Made by a program: the position numbers and the translations under genes | The notes under the pieces: model-generated | The model's database searches: none | The model's input: the letters and a program-made list of their open reading frames with translations, nothing else | Told to the model about the DNA's origin: nothing | Virus record (IMG/VR): IMGVR_UViG_3300015261_000002 | Coordinates: 1 to 64,000 of that record | Reading direction: 5' to 3' (one strand) | Length of the DNA: 64,000 nucleotides | In this document: positions 7,883 to 17,506 of the stretch, piece by piece | Numbering within the stretch: position 1 is the first letter of the stretch | How the letters are laid out: the number at the start of each line of letters is the position of its first letter

Positions 7883-10544
7883 TGTTGTTCACCTCGAAGT
7901 AACCTTCAATCACGCAGACCGATTCCAGGTAGAGATCGTTAACCTGTTTGAAGAAGATGAGTTGTTTATCCGACACGGTGAGTTTACCGTAGTTAGCAAA
8001 CGGGGTAATAGCGAAATAACGACGGTCATACTTCAGCGTTACCGGGTCATACTTCAGCCACCAGACGTAAGACTTAAGAGCATCCTTGATGTCTTGGTTG
8101 CTGTAATAGGTATCACCGTCCGATTGGTTGGGCAAGCGGATCAAACCGTTCAGCACACCGTTTACCACCACGTTCATGAACGGGCTGTACAAACGGTATT
8201 TGTCTTGCAGGTTTGGAATCACCGCGCTACCAATGCCGGCCGGACGTTGGGGATCCCCATTTTCCCAGTGAATCTCTTCGTCATTCGTTTGAGGTTTCGG
8301 CAGGTACTTGGTCAGGTAGTCACTCACACGCTGATCGGTTTCACGGCTGCGTTGACGATAAGGCAACTCGTCATAGTCTTCCACGAAACGAATCGGACAC
8401 CAGTGGTGCTTAACCATGTACGGCTTACCGTTCAGAGGGTTACCGATGTCATCAGGAACGTCTCGCTCTGCCCGCGGTACTTCATCGGTCAGGTAAAGGG
8501 CTCCATTAATAACCGTACGAGTAACTCGATCACCGCGCAGATTATAACGATCAACGCGACCGATAACCCCACCATCCACAAATCCCAGTTCGGTGTCAGC
8601 GTTCGGCAGCACCACAGTTTTATCGAGACCCATAGCACGGACAGTAATCGTCTGAGGCCCGTCAACGAGGAATTCCTTGTTGTTGATGTAGCAGTACTGG
8701 CCTTCATAGATCCAATCCACTTTGTCAACCAACGGATGGCCGTTCAGCCAAATGTCGATCTGTGCCCAGGTCAGGCCGGTCAGGTGACCACCATCTTCGT
8801 AAATGTCCGTGATCGCAAACGCAAGGCTGTGATCCATGTGCTCGAGTTGGAACTGGTAACCGAGGATCTTCTTGTTGCTGATGAGGATCCCACGCTTGTT
8901 GACCCGGTCCAGCCCTTTCCAGATCAGCAGCCCATTCTCGATGCGATACATCGCTGGGTCACCTGTCACGTTCGTCCAGGGTCCAACGAGTTCGTTGAGG
9001 TTGATATTCCAACCTGACGTGTAAACCTGATAGTCCCAATCTTTCGAGACTTCAACGTCTTGGTTAGTAACCACCATGTCGAGGGTACGACCGGTAGAGC
9101 CCATCGTGAACTCAACCATGGCACAGGCTGGATTGTTCGGCGAGTAGTAAAGAACACCACTCATGTTCCGCCATTCCAACAGCTGACCGTTCTCGTCATG
9201 CTCCCAGGCTGTACAAGCCTCCTGGTAGGTCGCAGGGATGTCGACACCCCGGCTGCCTAGCAAGTAGGTCGCTCGAACCGGCGTCTCGCTCAGAACGCGT
9301 GTGGCGGCGTTGTAGCCTACCGACATGATGGCGTCTTCACGCTTCACATTCTTCCACTGCTTACGCAACAGCTTCATGACCGGACCTTGTTCCAATTGCT
9401 TAGCTGTCCATTCCGGCATGTTTGCCCGTGCGTCCACCATGGCTCGCATGATGTCGATGTCAGGCATCCGGTACAGGTAACGGATACGCTGATGTTCATG
9501 AGGCCACTGGAAGGTCCAGGCGGTCTTACGAATCAACACAAGGATACGGCAGTCGGCGATGTTCGACAGATCCGGGTGGTATTCGGTTGCTGCGTGCAAG
9601 ACATCGTCCGCAATGGCCACGTCCACATGGGTCAGTTGACGAATGGTCTTCTCATCATTGCGATGCAGATAAACCCCACGACGCTTACCACCCATCCAGT
9701 AGTAGTCGTTGTCGTCAAAGTAGCGAATGGTGAAATCGCCTTTGATCTTTGGTGGGTGCAGGATAACCTTGTCCTTCAGATCCATCTCGGAGTAGAAGGC
9801 CTGTAGCTGGTTGTACGCGTACAGTTCCGAGCGCAGCACCGTTGGGTCATGCCAGAACTCGATCACGTCACCCGGTGCAATCGGGTTGATCACAGAAGGC
9901 GGACCGTTGATGATCGTCCCGTTATGGAACAAGCCTGTGTAACCAGGCCGTGCCTTGACCGTTGCATAACGACCGAGGAACGTGCTGTATTCCGACGGGT
10001 TCTCGTACACACAGGTTTCAAGAATAAACGGGTTACCGGTTTCATTGGTAACGAGTCGGCTCTTGTCCACGAGGACCGAAGGCGTGTAGCAACGGAAGTG
10101 CATGTCGTCGCCATTCTTCACCGGAGTCTTGCTGAGCTTTTGAATCGCGATCAGAACAAGACCGTCGTAAGTCACCATGATCCAGCAGTGGCTACGGCTC
10201 TGCATGTAACCTTTCGTCGAATACACGTCGGTCAGCAAACCACGGGACTTGCACAACATCCCCAGGTTCACCCAACGGTCCAACGGATTGCGACGCAGCG
10301 TGTTGTTCTTGAAGTTCCAGTAACCTGGATGGAGACCACCTACCGAGAACACGTGGAAGAACGTATTCTTTTTCGGCAAGGACCGCCACTTGTTCATGTA
10401 GCTGAAGTTGGAACTGTAACCGTATTCCTCGGTAATGCGATTAAGCTTTACCTGGTACTGCTGGTTCTCTTCCGGATTAGACCAGAGATGATCGTCCGTG
10501 TATCGAACCAGCGGCGTATTGTCTTCCGGTCCACGAATACCCAT
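7872..10544 (-). CDS. Virion structural protein (phiKZ gp27-like by synteny)
   Basis: 890-aa ORF overlapping the next gene; size and position match the conserved block. Confidence 0.7.
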   Translation of the reverse strand: MGIRGPEDNTPLVRYTDDHLWSNPEENQQYQVKLNRITEEYGYSSNFSYMNKWRSLPKKNTFFHVFSVGGLHPGYWNFKNNTLRRNPLDRWVNLGMLCKSRGLLTDVYSTKGYMQSRSHCWIMVTYDGLVLIAIQKLSKTPVKNGDDMHFRCYTPSVLVDKSRLVTNETGNPFILETCVYENPSEYSTFLGRYATVKARPGYTGLFHNGTIINGPPSVINPIAPGDVIEFWHDPTVLRSELYAYNQLQAFYSEMDLKDKVILHPPKIKGDFTIRYFDDNDYYWMGGKRRGVYLHRNDEKTIRQLTHVDVAIADDVLHAATEYHPDLSNIADCRILVLIRKTAWTFQWPHEHQRIRYLYRMPDIDIMRAMVDARANMPEWTAKQLEQGPVMKLLRKQWKNVKREDAIMSVGYNAATRVLSETPVRATYLLGSRGVDIPATYQEACTAWEHDENGQLLEWRNMSGVLYYSPNNPACAMVEFTMGSTGRTLDMVVTNQDVEVSKDWDYQVYTSGWNINLNELVGPWTNVTGDPAMYRIENGLLIWKGLDRVNKRGILISNKKILGYQFQLEHMDHSLAFAITDIYEDGGHLTGLTWAQIDIWLNGHPLVDKVDWIYEGQYCYINNKEFLVDGPQTITVRAMGLDKTVVLPNADTELGFVDGGVIGRVDRYNLRGDRVTRTVINGALYLTDEVPRAERDVPDDIGNPLNGKPYMVKHHWCPIRFVEDYDELPYRQRSRETDQRVSDYLTKYLPKPQTNDEEIHWENGDPQRPAGIGSAVIPNLQDKYRLYSPFMNVVVNGVLNGLIRLPNQSDGDTYYSNQDIKDALKSYVWWLKYDPVTLKYDRRYFAITPFANYGKLTVSDKQLIFFKQVNDLYLESVCVIEGYFEVNNNAV

Positions 10545-10549
10545 GATGT

Positions 10550-11428
10550 TTACCCGTTGAGGTCGTAGGTGTAGTCGATGTGTTTGGTGAACGACTCCAG
10601 TACACCTTTGTTGTATTTAGGATCCAACGCCATACCCAACGGGGTCTTAGCGTACAGTTTGTAACGCGCTGCACCGTAGACCAATGCAGTAAACAAGCAC
10701 GGGGCTTCAGCCGCGGCAATGATCACCTTGCTACCCAGTGCCACAAAGCTGATACCGCCCAACAGCGCCATGAAGTCTTTGAACTCCACACCCTTCAGCT
10801 GATACAGCACGGGGTTATTGCGGATGGCGTCGAACAGGTCTTGCAGGGTGGAGAGTTTAGGCAGTTCTTCCACTACCCCGAGGATGTAACCCTTCTCGCT
10901 GCCGTAGATCGAACGGATTACGTTCAAGGCCAACAGCTCGAGATCAGTGGTGACATCTTCCTGGATGCAGATCATGTAGTACGCCAATAGGACCTTCAAA
11001 GTGAGGCCTGCGTTGACGTCCAAACCGGCTCGTTTGATGAGTCGGCTACCAAAAGCTTCAGCAAAAGCCTTCGTTGCCATGAGTCGGCAGTTCTTCAAAG
11101 GCACCACATCGCCTTCGGCTACGTCGTGTTGCATGAATGCCGCCAGACGCATGATCGCGATCTCGTTGGAGTTTACGACGGCGTTACTTTTGTTGCGGAA
11201 TGGACGTTCGTCATAGACGGTGATCATTTGACGATTGAACCCTTCCATGGTGATAGGAAAGGCGAAAATAGGGATCGGAAGGTCGGTTTCGTGAGTCACC
11301 ACAAACACCCCGGGCTTCTTTGTAGGGGTCAGATTGCGGGTCACGTGAAGGGTCTTGATAGTGCTCTCAACCTTGTCAGTGACCTTGAAGGGTTTCCCGA
11401 CCGTGGTGTCATAGGCGTTGATCAGCAT
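10550..11428 (-). CDS. Virion structural protein (phiKZ gp28-like by synteny)
   Basis: 292-aa ORF, RBS GAGG, divergent from the sheath gene. Confidence 0.7.
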   Translation of the reverse strand: MLINAYDTTVGKPFKVTDKVESTIKTLHVTRNLTPTKKPGVFVVTHETDLPIPIFAFPITMEGFNRQMITVYDERPFRNKSNAVVNSNEIAIMRLAAFMQHDVAEGDVVPLKNCRLMATKAFAEAFGSRLIKRAGLDVNAGLTLKVLLAYYMICIQEDVTTDLELLALNVIRSIYGSEKGYILGVVEELPKLSTLQDLFDAIRNNPVLYQLKGVEFKDFMALLGGISFVALGSKVIIAAAEAPCLFTALVYGAARYKLYAKTPLGMALDPKYNKGVLESFTKHIDYTYDLNG

Positions 11429-11444
11429 GAGGTTACCTCTAAAA

Positions 11445-11457
11445 ATAACATGTTATG
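11445..11457 (+). promoter_or_regulatory. Candidate late promoter (ATGTTATG) within a 12-bp palindrome ATAACATGTTAT
   Basis: TATG is the phiKZ late-promoter core. The same ATGTTATG occurs at 52432. Confidence 0.4.
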
Positions 11458-11546
11458 TGCCAGTGGTATAACACACTGTACGGCCCAGAAATGGCTAGCA
11501 TACGATTGTTTTAGGACCCACAAACAGGACATCAACGAGGTTCTCC

Positions 11547-13718
11547 ATGACTGTTCTTAACAGCATCATTCCGGGGAAAGTGAATAATCGTGGTATCAAC
11601 GACAAGTCGATCCCCGATTACACTATCTCCGACCCGACGTATCCGCTCCATCTTCCTGTGATTACCATGGTGACCCCGGTCGGTGATTTGGCGGATGACA
11701 AGGGTACCCAGTGGATCGCCACCGAGGACTTCGTTAAGAAGTTCGGTAACGTGATGGACCACAACACTCCGTTCTTCAACCCGAACGCTGCGCTGATCAG
11801 TCAGCTCATCAAAGGCGGTCAAGCTGCCATCGGTGTTCGTCGCGTATCGGCTAACAAAGAAGTTGCCCGTGTGGCAATCTCTGCGTTCGTACAACTGGTT
11901 GAATTGCCAGACTACGAACGTGACATGGCCGGTAAGTTCAAGCGCGACGCTGACGGCAAGAAGATCCCAACCGGTGAGAAATTCACCACTGCTCTGAGCA
12001 TCGAGATCAAACCTGATCCTGAAGCGAAGAAAGGTGTGGCGGTTGGTGCTCTGCAACGTCGTACCATCGCGGGCACTCCAGCCAACGGTGAAATCCCGGC
12101 CGTCCCTGACACCATCGTTTATCCGCTTTACGAAGCGGTAGCCGGTGTGGGCGACCTTTACAACCGCGGCGGTCTCGTGACCGGTGTTTCCGACAACGCT
12201 ATCAACTGGCGTCAGATTTCGGAATTCGTGATGGCAACGGGCGTGTTCCCGTTCGACCTGAAGATGTTCACCGAAAACGACAACGGTGGTCGCAGCTTCT
12301 CCAAGACGCCAAAGCGTCTGGAAACTGTTTCCTACACCCTCTTCAAAACCGAAGTCGGCGGTACCAAGTACGGCATCAAAGACGCCTTCGGCCAGTTCAC
12401 CGGCACGAACGTCAACCGCAAGGTTGTGCCTGTTCAACAGCCGTTCAACTCGGTGTACGTGTACGAAGACCACATCACTTCGCTCTGCCAGGCGATGTAT
12501 GCGGTTGAAGAACCGAACAACCCGAACCTGGTTGACGTGGGCCAGTTCCCGTACCAGCAGATGAACCCTTTCACCTGCGTGAACCACACCGGTGCTCCGT
12601 ACTACGCGCTCGTCAACACCGGCGCAGTGACCTGGGACATGACCGGTTCGGTTAAAGCCACTGGCGGCGTCTCGCCGTTCCTGGATGCCGACGGCAAGCT
12701 GCCTTCGTACGTGACCGTGCCTACTCTGGACGATCCGTTCAACGTGCTGGCCAACGCCAAGTACCCGATCACCAACGTTCAAGCTTGGGAAGTCAACAAC
12801 AAGCTGATGGCGCTGGACATGGCCGAGTACCTCGCCGGTACCGAAACCAAGAACTACACCAAGAACCGTCAATCCTTCTACTGGGACGTTGGTTTCTCCC
12901 AGGAAGTGAAAGACCTCGCGGTGCAGCTCCTGGCCAGCCGTAAAGACATCATCGTCATCCCGGATGCCACGGTGTTTGCTCCAGGCAGCACGAACAAACT
13001 GGCCGACGTGTACTCGCGCTTCACTGCGCTGTCCGCACAAGCCAAGCTGTTCCCGGAATCCCAGTACTGGGGTACCCCGACCTGCCGTTCGGCTGTGAAC
13101 CTGATCGAAGCGTACGTGATCGACGAGAAGAGCGGTGAAGCAATGTCGGGTAACCTCGACCTGGCCTACGCCTTTGCTCTGTTCGCTGGTAACGCCGCTG
13201 GCGTGATCCGTGCAGCGTTCTCGCCTGACAGCAAGAACAACCGCAACCTGCGTACCATGCACTCCCCGAACATCGAGTTCGAGGAAGATTTCGTTGCTGG
13301 TGACAACTTCACCAACGGCGGTATCACGCTGCGTCCGCGCAACACCGAAACCCTGTTCCGTCCATCGCTGGTTACCCTGTACCCGAACCCGGATTCCGTG
13401 TTGAAGGACTTGGTCACCAACTTCCTCTGCGTATGCATCGAGAAGATCGCGCAGGACGAGTGGAACAACGTCTGCGGTGACACCTCGCTGTCGGCTTCCG
13501 ACTACGTGGCGAACTTCAAAGACGGCGCGGAACGTAAGTGCCGCGATCGCCTCGGTGGCCTGTGCAAGTCCATCACGTTCGTTCCAAGCTACGACGAAAC
13601 CCAGCCGGGTGGTCGTGCGGTTCTGAACACCATCGCCCATGCTTACTTCAACAAAGGTAAGTACATGATGAACCTGGATCTCTTCGCTTACAATGAAGAA
13701 GATCTGGCCACTGCGTAA
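11547..13718 (+). CDS. Tail sheath protein (phiKZ gp29-like)
   Basis: 723 aa with strong codon bias and FYWDVGF motif, followed by the tube gene. Confidence 0.88.
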   Translation: MTVLNSIIPGKVNNRGINDKSIPDYTISDPTYPLHLPVITMVTPVGDLADDKGTQWIATEDFVKKFGNVMDHNTPFFNPNAALISQLIKGGQAAIGVRRVSANKEVARVAISAFVQLVELPDYERDMAGKFKRDADGKKIPTGEKFTTALSIEIKPDPEAKKGVAVGALQRRTIAGTPANGEIPAVPDTIVYPLYEAVAGVGDLYNRGGLVTGVSDNAINWRQISEFVMATGVFPFDLKMFTENDNGGRSFSKTPKRLETVSYTLFKTEVGGTKYGIKDAFGQFTGTNVNRKVVPVQQPFNSVYVYEDHITSLCQAMYAVEEPNNPNLVDVGQFPYQQMNPFTCVNHTGAPYYALVNTGAVTWDMTGSVKATGGVSPFLDADGKLPSYVTVPTLDDPFNVLANAKYPITNVQAWEVNNKLMALDMAEYLAGTETKNYTKNRQSFYWDVGFSQEVKDLAVQLLASRKDIIVIPDATVFAPGSTNKLADVYSRFTALSAQAKLFPESQYWGTPTCRSAVNLIEAYVIDEKSGEAMSGNLDLAYAFALFAGNAAGVIRAAFSPDSKNNRNLRTMHSPNIEFEEDFVAGDNFTNGGITLRPRNTETLFRPSLVTLYPNPDSVLKDLVTNFLCVCIEKIAQDEWNNVCGDTSLSASDYVANFKDGAERKCRDRLGGLCKSITFVPSYDETQPGGRAVLNTIAHAYFNKGKYMMNLDLFAYNEEDLATA

Positions 13719-13731
13719 GGAGTAAGTAGTT

Positions 13732-14634
13732 ATGGCAGCTGATACTAACTACCCACACCGTACAGACACGACGTTGATGCCAACGAGTGACCCGTTTGTC
13801 GAGGCCCTTGACCTCGGTAACCGTCCAGTCATCGATGGCGACGCCGGTGGTATGTACGGTTGGGCGGGTAACGTGTTCGAGTACATGTCGGCTCAGCCAC
13901 ATGTGTCTCAACAGGGCTGGTGCATTGTTCTGAGCACCCCCAACTTCTTCTCCCGTCTGCCCGGCGGCAACAAACTCCACTCTCTCTGCAAAGCGTTCTT
14001 CGAGAACCGTTCGCAAGAGTGGAGCGGCATCCGTGACTCCACTGAAATCAACTTCGGTTCGATGGAATGGACAGGTCACAAAATGTCGGTGGCTACCGGC
14101 GCTACCCGCAGCTTGGGTAGCGTGACCCACAAGGCCTACGACGTGGAAGGTGAAGTCTTCACTCACATGTTGAAGACCTGGTCGCGTTGGGGTGTCATGG
14201 ACCCTGAAATCCTGAACGCCAAAATGGTGATTCTGGATGATCCGGGCGACATGCTGCTCGACGACACCTCGTACTCGGCGATCTACTTCGAGCCAACCCG
14301 CAACATGAAGGACGTAGCTCACGCCGCGATCCTGGTAGCGGGTCAACCGACCACGACCGTTCCGATCGAGATCAAACGCAACAAAGCCGATGAAAACCAG
14401 ATCCGCTCCATCGAGATGGAATTCACCGGTGTGATCGAAATGGACACCCTCGCGGTGAAACAGATCGCTCGCAAAATGCTCCAACTCCTGCCACTGTTCA
14501 ACCCTGATGCAGTGACCGCGCCGGCTGGCTTCCAGGAACGTACTTCGGTACTGGAAAACCTGACCAACGCAGGTACCATCGAACGTATGACCGCGGCGAA
14601 AGCCACTGTCGAAAACGCCGACTACCTGGGTTAA
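13732..14634 (+). CDS. Tail tube protein (phiKZ gp30-like)
   Basis: 300 aa directly after the sheath, RBS AAGGAG, strong codon bias. Confidence 0.82.
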   Translation: MAADTNYPHRTDTTLMPTSDPFVEALDLGNRPVIDGDAGGMYGWAGNVFEYMSAQPHVSQQGWCIVLSTPNFFSRLPGGNKLHSLCKAFFENRSQEWSGIRDSTEINFGSMEWTGHKMSVATGATRSLGSVTHKAYDVEGEVFTHMLKTWSRWGVMDPEILNAKMVILDDPGDMLLDDTSYSAIYFEPTRNMKDVAHAAILVAGQPTTTVPIEIKRNKADENQIRSIEMEFTGVIEMDTLAVKQIARKMLQLLPLFNPDAVTAPAGFQERTSVLENLTNAGTIERMTAAKATVENADYLG

Positions 14635-14641
14635 GCGTAAA

Positions 14642-14687
14642 TATAACCCCTCCTGCCCCGCAAAGGGCAGGAGGGGTTATAGCTGCT
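14642..14687. terminator. 17-bp stem-loop at a convergent junction (TATAACC family)
   Basis: TATAACCCCTCCTGCCC-CGCAAA-GGGCAGGAGGGGTTATA. Confidence 0.8.
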
Positions 14688-14689
14688 AC

Positions 14690-15118
14690 TCAATAAAACC
14701 CTTTTCCATCGCGATTATCGAAGACAAAGATTTGACCATAGACACTGATCAACGCATTGTTGTTTCGATTTACCACCTCATTAAAGATCCAGAGGTCTTT
14801 TGAGTGAGGGGTATCCTCTGAACAGTGAGGAGCATAGGCCCTGATGTACCCACACATTTCCTTGTTGGTATAAGACACAGGGAAACGACACAGCCAGCCC
14901 AAAACGTTTCCGGAAAGCTGGGGCTCCTTCACCATTGCATCACGAATCATTGTTACCGTTCCGGCGTAGATTCCTAATCTGTACCAGAACGTCATACCGT
15001 CATCAGTCAAGGTAAGGCCGTAGAGCAATCCGCGTCTTTCCTTTCGTCTGACCACCAGTAAGACAACAACGGCAAGCCAGATCATAACCGTTATCAAATT
15101 CATGATGAGCTCTGACAT
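14690..15118 (-). CDS. Hypothetical membrane-anchored protein
   Basis: N-terminal hydrophobic helix followed by RRKERR. Confidence 0.7.
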   Translation of the reverse strand: MSELIMNLITVMIWLAVVVLLVVRRKERRGLLYGLTLTDDGMTFWYRLGIYAGTVTMIRDAMVKEPQLSGNVLGWLCRFPVSYTNKEMCGYIRAYAPHCSEDTPHSKDLWIFNEVVNRNNNALISVYGQIFVFDNRDGKGFY

Positions 15119-15123
15119 ACCTT

Positions 15124-15858
15124 TTACCTTCGAGCAAAAATGCGGTTATAGTTATTCTTCACAAGTCCTCCGATGTACTCAGGGTCGTCGGCTAGAGCTT
15201 GGAAGTTTCTTAACTGCTCCTGCTTGTTGTTAAGGACCATAATTGGCAGCGTTTTCCACGCCGTTCCACGTCGGCCAAAGCGTTCGGCAAAGCTACCCGC
15301 CAGCGCCAAGCACCATTCATCAGGGTCCATGGGGGCGAGATTCGGCGTAGAATTGTTTCTGACGAAATCAATGACCATCTTTGCGTGGTTCGGATAGAAG
15401 ACGTCTGTTAACAACCGCACCTCATTCGCAATGACTGAGATAGCGGTATCGACTGAGGGACGCAAGTTCATGGTAGTGGCTCGGCGACAACACTTGTAGA
15501 TGCTTTGAATTTCGTCGTCGGTAAAGAAGCCATCCGAGTGTTCATTCAAAAAGACAACCGCAAAAGCTGCTGATGCATCATTAGGGGTAGAACCATCATA
15601 GGTCCTGCCGGTCTCCATGAGCATCGTTACAGCGTACATGATGTGAAGAGCACCCGTAGGGAGGGAATGGAGATCAGACAGCTCCTTGGTAGCACACAGA
15701 GCGTTGTAGAGCCACTCATGATCGTAACCTTTAGGGTTTTTCTTCATGTGATTAAAAATCTTGAAGATAAAGTCCAAAGGTAGATGATTGCCAACGACGG
15801 TTAAGATCCCTTGAAACGTCTGAAAGTTTTTACGGTCCGCTGAACGGAAGCGGTTCAT
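15124..15858 (-). CDS. Degenerate HD-domain-like protein
   Basis: Spacing matches the HD fold (GYDHEW...AVTMLMETG...DASAAFA...FTDDEIQSI), but ME replaces HD. Confidence 0.5.
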   Translation of the reverse strand: MNRFRSADRKNFQTFQGILTVVGNHLPLDFIFKIFNHMKKNPKGYDHEWLYNALCATKELSDLHSLPTGALHIMYAVTMLMETGRTYDGSTPNDASAAFAVVFLNEHSDGFFTDDEIQSIYKCCRRATTMNLRPSVDTAISVIANEVRLLTDVFYPNHAKMVIDFVRNNSTPNLAPMDPDEWCLALAGSFAERFGRRGTAWKTLPIMVLNNKQEQLRNFQALADDPEYIGGLVKNNYNRIFARR

Positions 15859-15881
15859 AAGCTACTCCTGTCACTTAAGGC

Positions 15882-15926
15882 AAAAAAATAAAAGAGTAAG
15901 AGGTGGGGAGGAATACCCTCCCCATT
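15882..15926 (-). terminator. Intrinsic terminator
   Basis: TGGGGAGG/CCTCCCCA stem, then TCTTTTATTTTTTT on the minus strand. Confidence 0.65.
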
Positions 15927-15928
15927 CC

Positions 15929-16402
15929 TCAGTCTACTTCAGTCATGTTCGAAAAGTATTCAGAGAAATCAAATGCACTGCTAATACTCGCAGCAGTACA
16001 CTTATCCGAAATCAATTTCGTCACGCCCGTCTGTAAACTGTAATACGCCGAAATGACACCGCCCTTATCCATGTAGCCCACTGTAGTGAACTGTTGCCCA
16101 TCCGCCGAGTAGATCTCTCGCGTGTCGGTTGCCTCCGACGCTGAATGGTGGTAGGACGTACCCATGTCATTCCCTTGTTTCACGATCGTCTGTTCTGGTA
16201 GAACAAGGTCCTTACCGTAGAGAATCGTAAAGGTATCCGTCTTGGGGTCATGCAACACCAGGAGACTTTTGCCAGCCTCTGTATCGCAACTCAACAAGAC
16301 ATTTTCACGATGCTCTTTTGGTATTTCGTCAACAACGCCTGCCATAACAGAACTGGACTGAACGGAAACAAAGAACAGGAACAGCGCAACAAGCAAGCGC
16401 AT
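15929..16402 (-). CDS. Secreted or periplasmic protein with a signal peptide
   Basis: MRLLVALFLFFVSVQSSSVMA signal-like N-terminus; two Cys. Confidence 0.75.
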   Translation of the reverse strand: MRLLVALFLFFVSVQSSSVMAGVVDEIPKEHRENVLLSCDTEAGKSLLVLHDPKTDTFTILYGKDLVLPEQTIVKQGNDMGTSYHHSASEATDTREIYSADGQQFTTVGYMDKGGVISAYYSLQTGVTKLISDKCTAASISSAFDFSEYFSNMTEVD

Positions 16403-16443
16403 AACTTGACTCCTTTGATAAAGGGGAATATTCCTAATCCCCC

Positions 16444-16479
16444 AAAAAATAAAAGACAGAGGATTTCTCCTCTGTCTTT
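16444..16479 (-). terminator. Intrinsic terminator
   Basis: AAAGACAGAGGA/TCCTCTGTCTTT stem with a minus-strand T-tract. Confidence 0.75.
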
Positions 16480-16487
16480 CGTCCTGG

Positions 16488-17378
16488 TTAGATCAGTGTT
16501 ACGTTGTTAACCGAACCACAGGAGAAGCGATTGCCCTCCATGGCTTTGTTGTACGACGCGATACCTTGCTCGAGAGTGACGTTCTGAGATTTAGGGGTGT
16601 GGATCACACCGGCCACTGCACGAGTGGAGATGTGAGGTACACCGTCTTCGTCCAGATACAGTTCGTTGAGCGAGAAGTAGTCGTCGTCGATCAGGGCGAT
16701 TGGAATGGAGATACCGTCTTTATCCAGAGTCGCCACGCCGCACAGCTTCAGTGTGCCACCGATCGAGGAACGGTGATCGTCTTTCACAACGCCTTTAACA
16801 GCCTTTACCGCTTCGACCACTTTCGCGAAGCCGTAGCCACGCGTAGTGTTGACCACTGCCAGAGCACGGTCATCGGTCGATACTTCATCGTCAGGTACCA
16901 CACGCGCCACAACGCCCTTTTCCGGCATTGTTTCGGAAGCCACGTCAACACGCTTGGCGATACGGGCTTTAACGCCTGCATCAACCAGCGCATTAACATA
17001 ACGGCTGATGTTTTCTTGCGGGTGGTAAGTGCAGACGATCAGTTCCAGCTTCTCGGCAGTCAGTGCTGGTTCGCCGATGAAAGGACGCAGTGCCTTTGGT
17101 GCGTGCCAGGTCAGGATAAACGGCTGCTGGAGGTCTGGCGAATAACGTTCGAATACCACGACGGTACCCAGCACGGTGCCGATCAGAATGATGCGACGTG
17201 CCGTTGTTGGGCAAATGGTCTTCACCACTTGACCTTCAGCTACGAAGCAGTCAACAGCATGGTCGAAGTAACCAGTACCGTTTTTCCAGTCTGCATCAAA
17301 ATCGATTGCCACTTCCAGGCGCTGAAAGAGAGCAGTGAAATTACGAGCAATCAGTGCAGCAGAGGTAGAAATAGTCAT
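16488..17378 (-). CDS. Hypothetical early protein (WKNGTGYFD...VVVFERY N-terminal domain)
   Basis: RBS GGAG; directly downstream of a TATATTAC motif. Confidence 0.8.
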   Translation of the reverse strand: MTISTSAALIARNFTALFQRLEVAIDFDADWKNGTGYFDHAVDCFVAEGQVVKTICPTTARRIILIGTVLGTVVVFERYSPDLQQPFILTWHAPKALRPFIGEPALTAEKLELIVCTYHPQENISRYVNALVDAGVKARIAKRVDVASETMPEKGVVARVVPDDEVSTDDRALAVVNTTRGYGFAKVVEAVKAVKGVVKDDHRSSIGGTLKLCGVATLDKDGISIPIALIDDDYFSLNELYLDEDGVPHISTRAVAGVIHTPKSQNVTLEQGIASYNKAMEGNRFSCGSVNNVTLI

Positions 17379-17426
17379 GCGGTATTACTCCGGAGTATGA
17401 AAGACTTAATTGTCTTAATCACATGA

Positions 17427-17434
17427 GTAATATA
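17427..17434 (-). promoter_or_regulatory. phiKZ-type early promoter motif TATATTAC
   Basis: Exact match to the phiKZ early consensus, intergenic, about 50 nt upstream of an ATG. Confidence 0.7.
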
Positions 17435-17459
17435 GACCCAAAAAACAATGTATCTTAAA

Positions 17460-17499
17460 TATAACCTCTCCTAGCCTGTAAGGGCTAGGAGAGGTTATA
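17460..17499. terminator. 17-bp stem-loop (TATAACC family)
   Basis: TATAACCTCTCCTAGCC-TGTAAG-GGCTAGGAGAGGTTATA. Confidence 0.75.
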
Positions 17500-17506
17500 A
17501 GTGCAG

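Noticed and set aside
6122-13640. Long antisense ORFs (606, 406 and 702 aa) opposite structural genes
   Set aside because: They mirror highly biased sense genes, have no clear RBS and give V/R/H-rich unnatural sequences. This is a codon-bias shadow.
14642-14683. Hairpins as MITEs or IS ends
   Set aside because: No target-site duplications or transposase, and they sit specifically at gene 3' ends.
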